Source: an uncultured Actinomycetota bacterium (GTDB lineage Bacteria > Actinomycetota > Actinomycetes > Streptosporangiales > Streptosporangiaceae). Taken from it: DNA of 64,000 nt. Shown piece after piece: positions 18,774 to 29,217 of this stretch (its first letter is position 1; each line of letters begins with the position of its first letter). The notes beneath the pieces are model-generated. The model worked only from the letters and a program-made list of their open reading frames with translations, was not told the origin of the DNA and did not search any database. The stretch covers positions 2,295,688 through 2,359,687 of the forward strand of contig CAWGJS010000002.1 in NCBI GenBank assembly GCA_963822955.1. Reading direction: 5' to 3'. The position numbers and the translations under genes are program-made.

Positions 18774-19455
18774 TCATCCGGTAACTACCAGGTCATCGCG
18801 GACATTCTTGACGCCCGCGCCCCGCCAGGCGGCGTCGATGACCGCGTCGTGCTCGGTCCAGTTCAAGACGCTGCCGGTGAGGGTGATGGTGCCGTCGCTG
18901 GCGCCCACCTGGATGTCGCTGTCGCCGGGCAGCAGCCCGTACCGGAACAGGGCGTCTTGCACCAGCTCAGTCACGCCTTCGGACTGGATGTCGGTGAAGA
19001 TCTCGATGTCGTCCGCGATGCCGCGCACCCCGGTCAGCCCGGCGACAGACCGCTCCGCCTCGTCCCGCTGGAACCGGTTGCCCACCATGCCGGTCAGCCA
19101 GACATTGCCGTCGCTGGCGCTGGCCTCGACGGTGCCGGGCACGGTGACGGTCAGCGCGAGCGCGTTGTTGGCAGCCGTGGTCAGCATCGGGTCATCGCGG
19201 TAGTCGGCCATCGGCAGGTCCACCATCAGGTGGTTATGCACCCTGGTGACGCCCTGAACCCGCTTGGCCGCCGCCGCCGCATGCAGATACTGCGGGTAGC
19301 TGGGAACCGAGCCGTTCAGCGCCACGTCCCCGTTCATGTTCTTGACAGAGATGCCCGACGTGTCGACCAACGGGTCGAAGTTCGAGTTCTCTCTGCACTG
19401 CCTCGCGGATGTCCTTGCTCATCTGAGCCGCTTGGCGTGGGCTCTTCGATGCCAC
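18774..19455 (-). pseudogene. BON-domain (OsmY-like) protein, paralog 1, single +1 frameshift
   Basis: About 80% identical by eye to the 36159-36839 protein. Length is 682 nt versus 681. An extra nucleotide at about 19381 (gaactcgaaCttcgacccg) separates VASKSPRQAAQMSKDIREAVQRELE from FDPLVDTSGISV... Confidence 0.7.
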
Positions 19456-19514
19456 GGCCAGGTCCCCTCCTCGCCATAGGCTGCTGGTTTCCCGTCTACT
19501 CCTCGCTGCAGGAT

Positions 19515-19520
19515 CTACCC
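19515..19520 (-). promoter_or_regulatory. GGGTAG -10-like element (SigB/SigF-type candidate)
   Basis: Lies 60 nt upstream of the BON1 GTG. It sits in a leader homologous to that of BON3. Confidence 0.3.
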
Positions 19521-19772
19521 GCGGGCAGGAGCCGCTAGTCCTGACAGTTCGCCTTGGCGCGCCGTGTTCGGGCGCTGACCGGTTCGCGACTCCGCCTGCC
19601 TGCAGTTGATGCGCTACTACCGGGCGAGCGCACCGCTCTGCTGAGAGCGCGGCCGAGACAGTGCTTAGCCGGTCCGGCCCAGGGCCGCAGGATCGCCTAA
19701 GGTGACTTGTCTCTAAGCGGCCTCGCCGCGAGGCCTTGCCACTGTCGGGAACCAGTAACAGCGGCTCGCTCA

Positions 19773-20429
19773 TCACTGCCAAGCGCCGATCTCTGGCAGC
19801 GTGAGGGCTGCTATGCGTTCGGCTTCGGCTGCGGGGACGCCGAGCATCCGCAGAATAGCCTCGGCGAGGCGGTCGACGATTGCCTCGTCGGTGTCGTCGG
19901 GGTGGCGCTCGAGCTGGCGGAGGAGGCCCAGTAGGCCGCCGGCCACGGCGCTGAGGGCAATCTCGGCGTCCGGGACGGTGAAGCGGCCGGTAGCCTGGCC
20001 GGCCTTAATGTCGCGAAGGGCCCTGGGCGCGAGTCCGGTCGGAGCATCGAGCACATTCAGCCCGGTGCCGGTGAGGAACCGGGCCATGTCCGGGTGGGTC
20101 CAGCCGAGCCTCCCGGAAATCCGGAATGACGTGGCAAATACCTCGGCCGGGTCTGCGATGCCCGCGCAGGCCCGGTCGATCAGCTGTCCCCAGCGTTCCA
20201 TTACCTCAGCGGACGCTGTCGCAAAGAGCTGATCCTTGCTGTCGAAGTGGTTGTAGAACGACCCGAATCCGATGTCGGCCGCTTCAGTGATCTCCTGGAT
20301 GCTCGCCCGGTCCCCGCGGCCCTCGGCGATGAGGTGCACTGCAGCGTCGACTAGCGCCTGCCGGGTACGTGCCTTCCGCCGGTCCAGCCGCGAAGGCCGG
20401 GGCGTCTGGGCCAGCGCCGCGTCCGTCAT
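19773..20429 (-). CDS. TetR/AcrR family transcriptional regulator
   Basis: HTH TRQALVDAAVHLIAEGRGDRASIQEITEAADIGFGSFYNHFDSKDQL. Start taken at MTDAALAQ. Confidence 0.85.
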   Translation of the reverse strand: MTDAALAQTPRPSRLDRRKARTRQALVDAAVHLIAEGRGDRASIQEITEAADIGFGSFYNHFDSKDQLFATASAEVMERWGQLIDRACAGIADPAEVFATSFRISGRLGWTHPDMARFLTGTGLNVLDAPTGLAPRALRDIKAGQATGRFTVPDAEIALSAVAGGLLGLLRQLERHPDDTDEAIVDRLAEAILRMLGVPAAEAERIAALTLPEIGAWQ

Positions 20430-20519
20430 GTGCTCCCTCCTCAGAGCTGGGGCCAGCACGCATGCTGGCGATGTCACGATGCCAGCGCCGCATCGGCCAC
20501 GGAGGTGACCCATCCCGGC

Positions 20520-20567
20520 ATCAGTTCAGAGGCGCAATCATTACTGATTACTAGCAACAGAACTGAT
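20520..20567. promoter_or_regulatory. nested inverted repeats in an AT-rich patch upstream of tetR (candidate operator)
   Basis: Outer arms are ATCAGTTC (20520-27) and GAACTGAT (20560-67). Inner arms are AATCA-ttac-TGATT (20536-49). Confidence 0.35.
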
Positions 20568-21287
20568 CTTACCAGCTGTGGGATGGTTCGGTGCTCGAGG
20601 TCGTCCTGATGCACGCGGGACCTGCCAGGCCGGGCACATTGTCGGCGAGGCGGCGGAGGCTAGCTACCGCCGCCTGGCGCCAGCCAGCATGCGGCCAGGC
20701 CGCAAGCGCTGCTCTGGTAGCCAGAAGCGGTACGGGCCGGGATCTCTTCCGGGCGCGGCTGATGCGCTGCTGTCGTCGGTCGCCCAGCTTGATGACCTGC
20801 ACGAGACTGCGAGCGCCGCAGGACAGGCCGGCCGCATGATCAGGCGCTGCTCAGCTACTTCAGCAGGGCTGCGTCCTTTTAGTTGCTCCGCTGGCGCACT
20901 GCGCGGCCAGCGCTTGACACCGCCCCCATCATGACTGATGATAGATGACAATATTGATCTCAAGGTCATTTTTGGGAGCCGCAGAATGATCACGTCGGCA
21001 CGCCAGAGCCGTCCCGAAGCCAGCCAAAATCGGCCGCGAGCCGAGGACCGGCCGAGCACGCTGCGCATGGGCGCTGAAGGACTGGCCGGAGCGGCACTGC
21101 CCGGTCACGCAACCCGCTCGTCAGGGTCGAACGGGGACTTTGGCTTGCGCCCAGCGGCGCGGCGCTGGGTTCGGCCCCGCCTTCGACCTGGACATGACAC
21201 GGCTCGCACGTCCCGAGGGGAGCTGCAGGCCGCGACGCGTCTTGTTACGGCAGGGCAGGCCGGCCAGCGCGACAAACTGAGGGGGTT

Positions 21288-21629
21288 GTGATGTTTGCTG
21301 CTCTGTCGGTGCTCCTGCTAATCGGTTGCCTGCTGCCAGCCGCCGCCAAGCTGGCGGGTCACCCAAGAATGCAGGAGTCAGCCCGGCATTTCGGGATATC
21401 TTGGCAGCAGTATCGGCTCATCGGCGCGGCGGAGCTGGCCGCGGCAGCAGGAGTCCTCGCCGGCCTGTGGTGGCATCTGCTCGGCGTGGCGGCAGCCACG
21501 GGGATGGCGATCCTGCTCGTGGGTGCCCTGATCGCACACAGGCGAGCGGGAGACCATGGTAAGGACATCGCGCCCGCCCTGATCACCCTGCTCATCGCCA
21601 TCGGCTACCTGATAGCTGCTTTGGCCTGA
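21288..21629 (+). CDS. DoxX-family membrane protein
   Basis: About 113 aa with 3-4 TM helices. AAKLAGHPRMQESARHFGISWQQYRLIGAAELAAAAG is typical of DoxX-like proteins. Confidence 0.75.
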   Translation: MMFAALSVLLLIGCLLPAAAKLAGHPRMQESARHFGISWQQYRLIGAAELAAAAGVLAGLWWHLLGVAAATGMAILLVGALIAHRRAGDHGKDIAPALITLLIAIGYLIAALA

Positions 21630-21723
21630 CAGCGGCCAGTTTGCGCCGGCCGCCATGGCAGCGCCGGACTGCGCACGGGAAGCCGGGTTGGTACGGCGGG
21701 AACGGCGAGATGGCCGGGATGAT

Positions 21724-22456
21724 CTACCGCTCCCTCCTGCCGGCCGGGCTTCGGATTAGCCATGCCGACGGCATCGCCAGCGCGGCGAGTGTCGTCAGCG
21801 CGGCTGGACCAGCCGGAAGACGGCACGCGCAGCCGCCCGCTGGACGCCTTGCGCGATTCGCTCGCGCGGGGATGACCTGGCTTCTGCCGTCGGAGTGCGG
21901 CCAAGTCTCGGCAACAGCGCCGGCGTTTCCTGCCTGGATTGCGATCCTCGTCTCCGGCGGCATGCGGTAGGCATCAAGGCCGGCCGCGAAGTCGAAGTAC
22001 TGCACAGCAGAAGCCAGCGCGAAGGGCGAGTCGCTGCCGAAGAGGACGCGTTCCGGCCGTGCCAAGGCGAGCAGTGCCGGAAGGGCTGACGGGCTCGAGG
22101 GCAGCGCGGTGTCGAAGTAGAAGGAGCGGAACTGCTCCAGGAAATCCAGTGTCGGACTGCCGGTCTCGGCGGCGAGCGACATGGCGAGCCGGTGTGCGGC
22201 ATAGGGGGACGAAGCCTCCGGCATGGCTGAGGACGAACCGTATCCGCGCGTAGCGCGTGATGATGCCGTTGCGGACGAGCAGGTAAGCGGCTCGTGTCGT
22301 GTCGAGCAGGAAGTCGGTCGCGAAGGGCGGGACGCCCGGCACCTCGGGGCCTGGGAGCGCGGCCGGGTGGACGAGCACTACCGCCGAGCGGGCGTCGCGG
22401 TCCGAATTCCGACGAGGTCCATAAGCGACAACGCGCCGTCCAGGCTCCAGCCGCAT
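21724..22456 (-). pseudogene. amidohydrolase_2 (ACMSD/decarboxylase-type) gene, 5'-truncated and frameshifted
   Basis: Two frames carry VLVHPA...FLLDTTRAAYLLVRNGIITRYARIRFVLSHAGGFVP and then ...FRSFYFDTALPSS...RVLFGSDSPF. The N-terminal roughly 140 aa are missing. Confidence 0.6.
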
Positions 22457-22484
22457 CCGGGTCGGCTGTCATGGGACACCCTCC

Positions 22485-24293
22485 TTAGGCCGGGCTCCGG
22501 GTTGTATCAGTTTGACGTCCCAGGATGCGGCCGAGCGCACGTGCGAGCTCGCCGCGCGGGTCCTCGGAAGCAGTCATATGCCGCCAGGCGATGAAGCGGT
22601 CCGGGCGTACCAGGATCGCTCCGTCAGCGGTGATTTCCCGGTGCCGCAGCCAGGTGCACCGCGGGTCGAAGAGGTCGCCGTCGAGGTGGCCGATGCGGAC
22701 GGCGTCCAGCGGGAGGCCGGTGTCTGCCGCGAGCTGGCGGGCCGCGCCGCACCACGCGCCGCCGTCCTCGCCGGCGATGAGCAGGAAGCGGCCGGGCGCG
22801 ACAAGGTCCTTGATCGGCCGTCTGCGGCCGTCCTCGTCATCCACCCAGGCGTGCGGCAGCGGGCTGCCCGGCCTGGTGCCGGGCTGGTATATGCGGATGT
22901 CGTCGAGCGGGACCTGCTCGGCGGTTCCGTCGGGAACGATCGCAGCGGACGAGTAGCGGAATCCGTACTCGACGTTCAGCTCGCTGAACTCCATCGACTG
23001 CGCGCGCATCGCCCGCAGTGCCGCTGACCGGTGCGCGGCGTCCTCGGGCAGGCCGCTCCACATCCGCCGGAGCTGCGTCATGTTCTGCGCCGGCGAGTTC
23101 TCCGGCGCGACCCCGAGAGCCGCGGCGATCCCGAAGTGGTTCATCGCGTTCTCCAGGGATCGTTGCGCGTTGCGGTCGTCGACCGGGCGGCGCTCGTCCG
23201 CGTAGGTGTCGAGTAGGGCCGGTGACGCGTGACCGGCTAGGACGAGCGCGAGTTTCCAGCACAGGTTGTGCGCGTCGTGGATCGCGCTTGTCAGCCCCAG
23301 CCCGCCAGTGGGCGGATGGCGGTGTGCGGCGTCGCCGAGCAGGAAGACTCGGCCGGCGCGGAACGAGGACGCCATGACGGCGTCGACCGACCACCGGGTG
23401 ATCTTGTGGATCTTCATCGGGTGATCGGCCAGGCCGAGCGCACGGCGAGCATCTGTCTCCACTTCGGCGTCGGACTGGGCGCGCGGATCGCCGACCGGGT
23501 AGTTGAGATGAATCACCCACTCCTCCGACTGCGGGCCCCAGCTCTCGGGCCCCATCGGGACCAGGACCACCAGGGTGCCGGCCTGCGGCGAGAAGATCCA
23601 CCGGATCAGCACGTCGGGGTCCGGGGCCCAGGCCGACAGATCTGCCGTGACATGGAGCGTCGCGGTCTGGGTAACCACCCCGAGCCCCTCATAGCCGACG
23701 CCGATAAGCCCGGCCACGGTCCGGCCGCCGTCGGCCCCGGCCAGGTACTGGCAGGCCACGGTGTAGGTACGAGCCGAGGCGTTGTCGCGGATCGTCGCGT
23801 GCACGCCCTCGTCGTCTTGCTTCAGGCCGATGAGCTCGTGACCGAACCGGATCGCGCCCGGCGACAGCTCCTCTGCGCGCTGCTTGAGCACGGGCTCGAG
23901 GCGGATCTGCGGAAGGTTGAGCTGCCGGCAGGCGCTGGCCGCCCGCCAGTTCTCGTCCGCGCCGCCCGCTCCCCAGCTCTCCAGCCGGGCCAGCCGCCGC
24001 CCGTACTCCTCAGCCGGCCCGGCGAAGCCCGCGTAGTACGCGGTCGCCGCCATGCTGGCGGCCGGGGTGCTGCGCCGCTCGATCTCCGCGGCGACTCCCG
24101 CATCCTCGAGCACCTCCATCGCCCGCTGGTTCAGCACATGCGCCTTGGGCAGGTCGGAGGTCTGCGGGCGTGCGCTGACCAGCAGATGCCGGACGCCCTG
24201 GCCGGCGAGCAGCATCGACGCGGTAAGCCCGGCCCCGCCGCCTCCCACGATCAGGACCGGAACTTCCTCATCGACCTGAACCGATGTCTGCAT
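22485..24293 (-). CDS. FAD-dependent aromatic-ring hydroxylase (phenol / 2,4-dichlorophenol 6-monooxygenase-like)
   Basis: VLIVGGGGAGLTASMLLA, RVFLLGDAAHRHPPTGGLGLTSAIHDAHNLCWKL and a C-terminal thioredoxin-like domain. The 602-aa frame is intact. Confidence 0.85.
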   Translation of the reverse strand: MQTSVQVDEEVPVLIVGGGGAGLTASMLLAGQGVRHLLVSARPQTSDLPKAHVLNQRAMEVLEDAGVAAEIERRSTPAASMAATAYYAGFAGPAEEYGRRLARLESWGAGGADENWRAASACRQLNLPQIRLEPVLKQRAEELSPGAIRFGHELIGLKQDDEGVHATIRDNASARTYTVACQYLAGADGGRTVAGLIGVGYEGLGVVTQTATLHVTADLSAWAPDPDVLIRWIFSPQAGTLVVLVPMGPESWGPQSEEWVIHLNYPVGDPRAQSDAEVETDARRALGLADHPMKIHKITRWSVDAVMASSFRAGRVFLLGDAAHRHPPTGGLGLTSAIHDAHNLCWKLALVLAGHASPALLDTYADERRPVDDRNAQRSLENAMNHFGIAAALGVAPENSPAQNMTQLRRMWSGLPEDAAHRSAALRAMRAQSMEFSELNVEYGFRYSSAAIVPDGTAEQVPLDDIRIYQPGTRPGSPLPHAWVDDEDGRRRPIKDLVAPGRFLLIAGEDGGAWCGAARQLAADTGLPLDAVRIGHLDGDLFDPRCTWLRHREITADGAILVRPDRFIAWRHMTASEDPRGELARALGRILGRQTDTTRSPA

Positions 24294-24384
24294 AGCGTCA
24301 CTCCTTCGTCAGCTGAACGGCAACGTCTCGCGGCGGCACGGCAGCCGCTCACATCTTTCTGGCGCCTTTGGCCGGCATGATCAC

Positions 24385-24695
24385 TCAGCGGGCCAGCGCG
24401 GCAATCAGATAGGCGTCTGCGATGACCGCTGCCGCCACGGCAGGCGCCATCGTCTTGATGTCATCGCGCGCTCTGCGGTGGGCGGCCAGGGCGGCGGCAA
24501 GAAGCAATGTCATGCCGGACGCGGCGGCTATGCCGAGCGAATGCAGCTAGCTCAGACACGCTGATCAGCCGGTACCGGGCCCACGGGATGCCGAAAGTGC
24601 GCGGCTGACTCCCGGACGACGGGGGCGCCCGCGAGTTTCGCGCTGGCCGGGATGACGCTGGCGAGAATGAGCAGCAGCGAGACGGTGACGAGCAT
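24385..24695 (-). pseudogene. DoxX-family paralog with internal deletion/frameshift
   Basis: MLVTVSLLLILASVIPASAKLAGAPVVRESAAHFGIPWARYRLISVSELAAF parallels the 21288 protein. The C-terminus ...LAAHRRARDDIKTMAPAVAAAVIADAYLIAALAR is in another frame. Length is 311 nt, which is 3n+2. Confidence 0.6.
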
Positions 24696-24733
24696 GGAGT
24701 TCTCCCGGATCAGCGGCCGGTGTGCCCGGCAGG

Positions 24734-26427
24734 GTCAGGACGGATGGCGATGCGCGCTAGCTGCGGGCCGCGCTCCTGCGTGCGGCCTGATCGGCCATGG
24801 CACCACGGGCAGCCGGCGTCCGGCCGCGACCGCGGCGATCACCCGGTCCGGGCGGACGAGGATGGCCAGCGCCGGATCGGCGATCAGCGCCTGCATCGGG
24901 CGGGGCGGTTCGCCGTCGGTCAGTTGGACGTCGATCCAGCGGTCTGCTGGCGCGGTGGTGAGCTGGCCTGCCGGCCGGCGCGGCGACCGGGCGCACGCGG
25001 AGCAGCTGGATGCCGTACATGTCGCACAGGTCCGCCAGTGCCGCCTCGGGCTGACGGGCGGTCAGCACGGTGGTCCGGCCCGCCAGGATCTCCTCTAGCC
25101 GCACTGGCGCGGAACCGGGCACGCAAACCCCCGGGTTCGGGATCAGGCTGCCCGGCCGGATCCGCGTACCAGGCCGCACTTGCAGCTGCCGGATGCCGGG
25201 CCGCAGCGCGCCGGCTTTCAGCCGTGGCGTCGCCGTGGCAGCGAGGGCGTCGCGGACCGGCGCGATGCGCACGGCGGCGGCGAGCGCGACCCGGCGGACG
25301 GCAGCGGCCCGGTCCTGGCCGCCGGTCATCGTCCAGCCGATCATGACGGCTTTCTTCACCATCGCGCGGGCGTGTGGCCGGCGCTCGGCGTCGTAGCTGT
25401 CCAGCAGGCCCTCCCCGGACCGGCCGGTGAGCACGTCCGCGATCTTCCACGCCAGGTTGCCGGCGTCGCGCAGCCCGGCGGCCAGGCCCTGGCCGATGAA
25501 CGGCGGGGTCAGGTGCGCGGCGTCACCGAGCAGGAACACCCGCCCGGCGCGGAAGCTGGAGGCTAGCCTCGCCCGGAAGACATAGCTGGCGCTGCGGGTG
25601 ATCTCCAGGCCATCCAGGTCCGACTTGCCGGTCCAGGGCGCCAGCAGCCTGCCGAGCTCGGCGGGGGCGAGCAGGGCGGATTCGTCCTCGCCGTCGCGCA
25701 GCTGGAACTCCCAGCGGTACCGGTCGCCGGTGACCTGCATGAAGGTTGCCGCCCGGGCCGGGTCGCAAACCTGCTCCACGCCGTCCCAGGTATCGAGGCC
25801 GCCGGCCACCCGGATGTCGATCACCAGCCAGCGCTCGGTGAAGCCGAGGTCCTCCATGGTGATCCCGGCCAGGTCCCGGACCGTGCTGCCGGCCCCGTCG
25901 CAGCCCAGCACGAAGCTGCCCGCGAACTCGCGTTCCCGCCCGGCGGCCCCGGTCCGCGCCGTCACGGTGACAGGCGATGAACCGGCTGCGCCGGCCGGGT
26001 CGCAGGAGCCCGACGACCTCCGCCGTCCGGTGCAGGGTGATGAGCGGGTGGCTGGCTGCCCGGCCTGAGCAGCAGTTCCTCCAGGTCGGGCTGATGGAAC
26101 ATGTTGGCCTGCGGGACGCCGTGCACCCCGGACGCGGCCCGGCCTAGCTCGGCCATGACCTGATGCCGGGCGTCGAGCAGCCGCAGGCCGCTGCACGGCC
26201 GGGACCGGGCGAGGAATTCCTCGCCGACGCCGGCCCGCGACAGCGTTCCGATCACCTCGTCGTCCAGGTGCACGGCCCGCGGCAGCGCGTGCGGGCTCGG
26301 CGTGCCGTTCGAGCATGATGACGCCGATCCCGGCGTCGGCCAGCAGCAGCGCTGCCGTGGTGCCGACCGGGCCGGCGCCCACGACGATGACCGGTCCGGA
26401 TGGCTGTCCTCCTGCGGCACCGCTCAC
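24734..26427 (-). pseudogene. MhpA-like FAD monooxygenase (3-(3-hydroxyphenyl)propionate hydroxylase family), multiply frameshifted
   Basis: Homologous segments lie in all three frames. They are PVIVVGAGPVGTTAALLLADAGIGVIMLERHAEP, HALPRAVHLDDEVIGTL...FHQPDLEELL, HPLITLHRTAEVVGL, FVLGCDGAGSTVR...RVFLLGDAAHLTPPFIGQGL and the C-terminal WIDVQLTDGEP...ILVRPDRVIAAV. Confidence 0.7.
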
Positions 26428-26429
26428 TG

Positions 26430-28251
26430 CTAGCTCCCGGCCGCGACGGTGAGCGGCGGACCGGTCAGGGCCGGCCGCGCTTGTCCGGGGTCGGCGCCGG
26501 GCACGGTGACGACGATGCCGCCGTCCCCGGGCGTCACGGTGGGCTCGGCAGCGGCCCGGACGCCTGCGCGGCGCAGCGCCTCGGCCGACGGCGCGCCGGG
26601 CGGCGTCGGCGGCGAGCGCGGGCTTGAAGTGCTTGCCGACGGCGGTGACCGGGATGGCCGGGATGGCGTAGATCCGCCTCGGCCGTGCGGCCGGCTCGCC
26701 GATCGTCCTCGCAGCCCACTCGAGCAGCACGGCCTCGTCGAACGCGCCGGGATCGGCCGGGACAACGTAGGCGACGGGCACCTCGCCCGCGTGGGCGTCC
26801 GGTGATCCGACAGCCGCCGCTGCCCTGACGCCAGGGTGCTCGAGCAGCGCTTCCTCGATCACGCGCGGGTCGATGTTGTGCCCGCCCCGGATGATCAGGT
26901 CCTTGGCCCGGCCGGTGAGGTAGACGTAGCCGTCAGCGTCGACGCGGCCCAGGTCGCCGGTGTCCAGCCAGCCGTCGCGGACCGTGTCGCCCTGGCTCAC
27001 TCGCGGGCCGCCGTCGCGCGGGTCGGTGACGTATCCGGCGAACACTGCGGGCCCGCTGATCACGAGCACACCGGGCTCGCCCGGCGCGCAATCCTGCCAG
27101 GATCCGTCGGCGCCGACGCGGACCGCCTTGACCTGCTGGCCGGGCAGCACCTGGCCGACCGATCCGGGCCGGTCTGCGCCCGGCCGGTTCCAGGTGCTGG
27201 CGCAGGTCGCCTCGGTGAGCCCGTAACCCTCGAGCAGCCGCTGCCCGGTGTGCCGGGCGAAGCGTTCGCGGACCGCCGCCGGCAGCGGGGAGGCACCGAC
27301 GATCGGGATGCGCAGGGAGCTGATGTCGGCGTCGACCGGGACCTGGGCCAGGGCGCCGTAGACGGTGGGAACGGCGGACATCGCCGCGATCTGATAATGC
27401 TCGACCAGCTGCCAGAACCGCTGGTAGAGCGCCGGGTCCCGGTAGCCGGCCGGCCCCGGCCAGACGACCCGGGTCCCGTTCAGCAGCGGCGCGATGCACG
27501 TCACGATCAGTGCGTTGACGTGGAACAGCGGCAGGCCCGCCAGGACGCCCTCACCCGGCGCCAGGCCGGCCGACTCCGCGATCCCCCGGGCGCAGGCGAC
27601 CTGGCTGGCATGGGTGTGGGCGGCGATCTTCGGCGCTCCGGTGGTCCCGCCGGTGTGCACGAACGCGGCCAGATCGCCGGCCGCGGGACTGCGGGTCCCG
27701 GCGAGGTCGTCATCAGGCTGGCCGTCGGCCAGCTCTGCCAGGTACCGGGCGGCCAGGCCCGGCTTGGCGTCCAGGACGGGCGGCTGGCCGGTCGCGCCGT
27801 CCGGCCGGAGCGCGATGATCGCGCGCATCCCGGCCTGCCGGGCCACGCCGGTCAGCCGCTGCCAGAGTTCCGGGTCCGCCTCCGGCCCGGCCGCGATAAG
27901 CACCTGCGACCCGGTGCGGCGGATCAGCCCGGCGATCCGCTCGGCGCCGAGGGCCGGGTTGACGGGGGCCGCGATCCCGGCCGCTTGCGCGGCCAGGGTC
28001 GCGGCGAGCAGCCCGGAGGAGTTCGGGCCGCACAGCGTGACCGCGTCGGCCCGGCGGACGCCCAGGGCGGCCAGGCCGTTGGCGATCCGGGTCACCGCTC
28101 CAGCCAGGTCGGCATAGGTCAGGGCCAGGCAGCGCCGGTGGTCTGCCGGGTCGGGGATCCACTGGGTCGCGATAGCGTCCGGCCAGGTCCGCGCGGCCTG
28201 CCGGAGCAGCTCGTAAGTCGACTCCTGCCTGGCAGGCGAGGGCATGGTCAT
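26430..28251 (-). CDS. acyl-CoA synthetase (AMP-binding/ANL superfamily), one +1 frameshift near the 3' end
   Basis: FVHTGGTTGAPK, GYGLTEA and DTGDLGRVDADGYVYLTGRAKDLIIRGGHNI motifs. The C-terminal tail AEALRRAGVRAAAEPTVT...LTVAAGS* is in the +1 frame after gtcGgccgag (about 26590). Length is 3n+1. Confidence 0.8.
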
Positions 28252-29217
28252 GATGTCTTCCCGATGACGGTGCTGCGCTGCGTCCCGAGGTCGAGCTCGC
28301 CGTCGGGGCCGACGATGCCGGCGGTGATCACGTCGCCGTCGCGCAGATAGCGGGGATTGCTCGCCTGCCGCCGGAAGAACAGCTTCCACTTGGTCGCCGG
28401 CGGCAGCAGGCCGGCCAGCTTCTCGATCGGCCTTGGGCGGTGCCTGCAGCGCGGTGCCGCCAGGCGTGCCGGTCAGCAGCAGATCGCCAGGGGCCAGCGG
28501 CTGGAACTTCGACAGCGCGGTCAGCGCCCGGGCGGGCGGGACGATCATGTCAGTGGCCACGGCATCCTGGCGGACCTCCCCGTTGACGCGCAGCGTGAGC
28601 CGCAGCGTGCCGAGCCGGACCAGGTCCGCCGCATCGACCAGGATCAGCCATGGCCCGGCCGGGGTGAAGGTGGGGTAGGACTTGGCCTCGTAGAACTGGG
28701 TCTTTGTCAGCTGGATCTGCCGGGCGCTGACGTCGTTGGCCACCACCAGGGCTGCCACGAACTGATGCAGGGTGGCGTCGGACACGGTGCTGCCGACCGG
28801 CAGGTCCGCGCCCATGACCAGGCCGAGCTCGACCTCGTAGTCGAGGAACCCGACGCCGTCCGGGCGGATGATGTCACCGTAGGGCCCGGTCAGCGAGTGC
28901 GAGCTCTTGCGGAAGAAGACCGGCGGGAGCTTGTCCGGGTCGAATCCGGACTCGATCGCGTGCGAGCGGTAGTTCACCGCCTGCGCCACGACCCGGGCCG
29001 GCGCCGTGACCGGGCTCAGCAGGTCCAGCGACCGGCCGGCACCGCCAGTTGCGGATCCGCGGCGGCTGCGGCGCGCGCCGCCTCGACGGCGGCAGCTTAG
29101 GGCGTCCCTGTCCGCCAGCAGCGCACCGGTCGCAGGCGCCTCGAGGCCGAGCCGGACAAGGCCAGCCGGCGTGTCGACCCACCAGCCGTCCGCAGTACGG
29201 GCCAGCCGGGTGCTCAT
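28248..29217 (-). CDS. fumarylacetoacetate hydrolase (FAH) family protein, one +1 frameshift
   Basis: ...YEVELGLVMG...GDLLLTGTPGGTALQAPPK then shifts at about 28430 (aagGccgatc) to PIEKLAGLL...LRDGDVITAGIVGPDGELDLGTQRSTV. The stop overlaps the ligase ATG (ATGA). Length is 3n+1. Confidence 0.75.

Noticed and set aside
20570-20935. A possible LysR-type HTH remnant on the minus strand (...SLVQVIKLGDRRQQRISRARKRSRPVPLLATRAAL...).
   Set aside because: Reading it requires several frame changes and stops. The similarity to the LysR N-terminus (S.qI..LE..LG..LF.R) is loose.
24757-29217. A 1486-aa ORF that looks like a giant FAH / AMP-ligase / FAD-monooxygenase fusion protein.
   Set aside because: The segments between domains are Arg/Pro-rich off-frame read-through. 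The true C-termini of FAH and the ligase are found in other frames and end in stops that overlap or abut the next start (ATGA at 28248-28251, TAG at 26430 then GTG at 26427). The individual gene lengths are 3n+1, consistent with single inserted bases.
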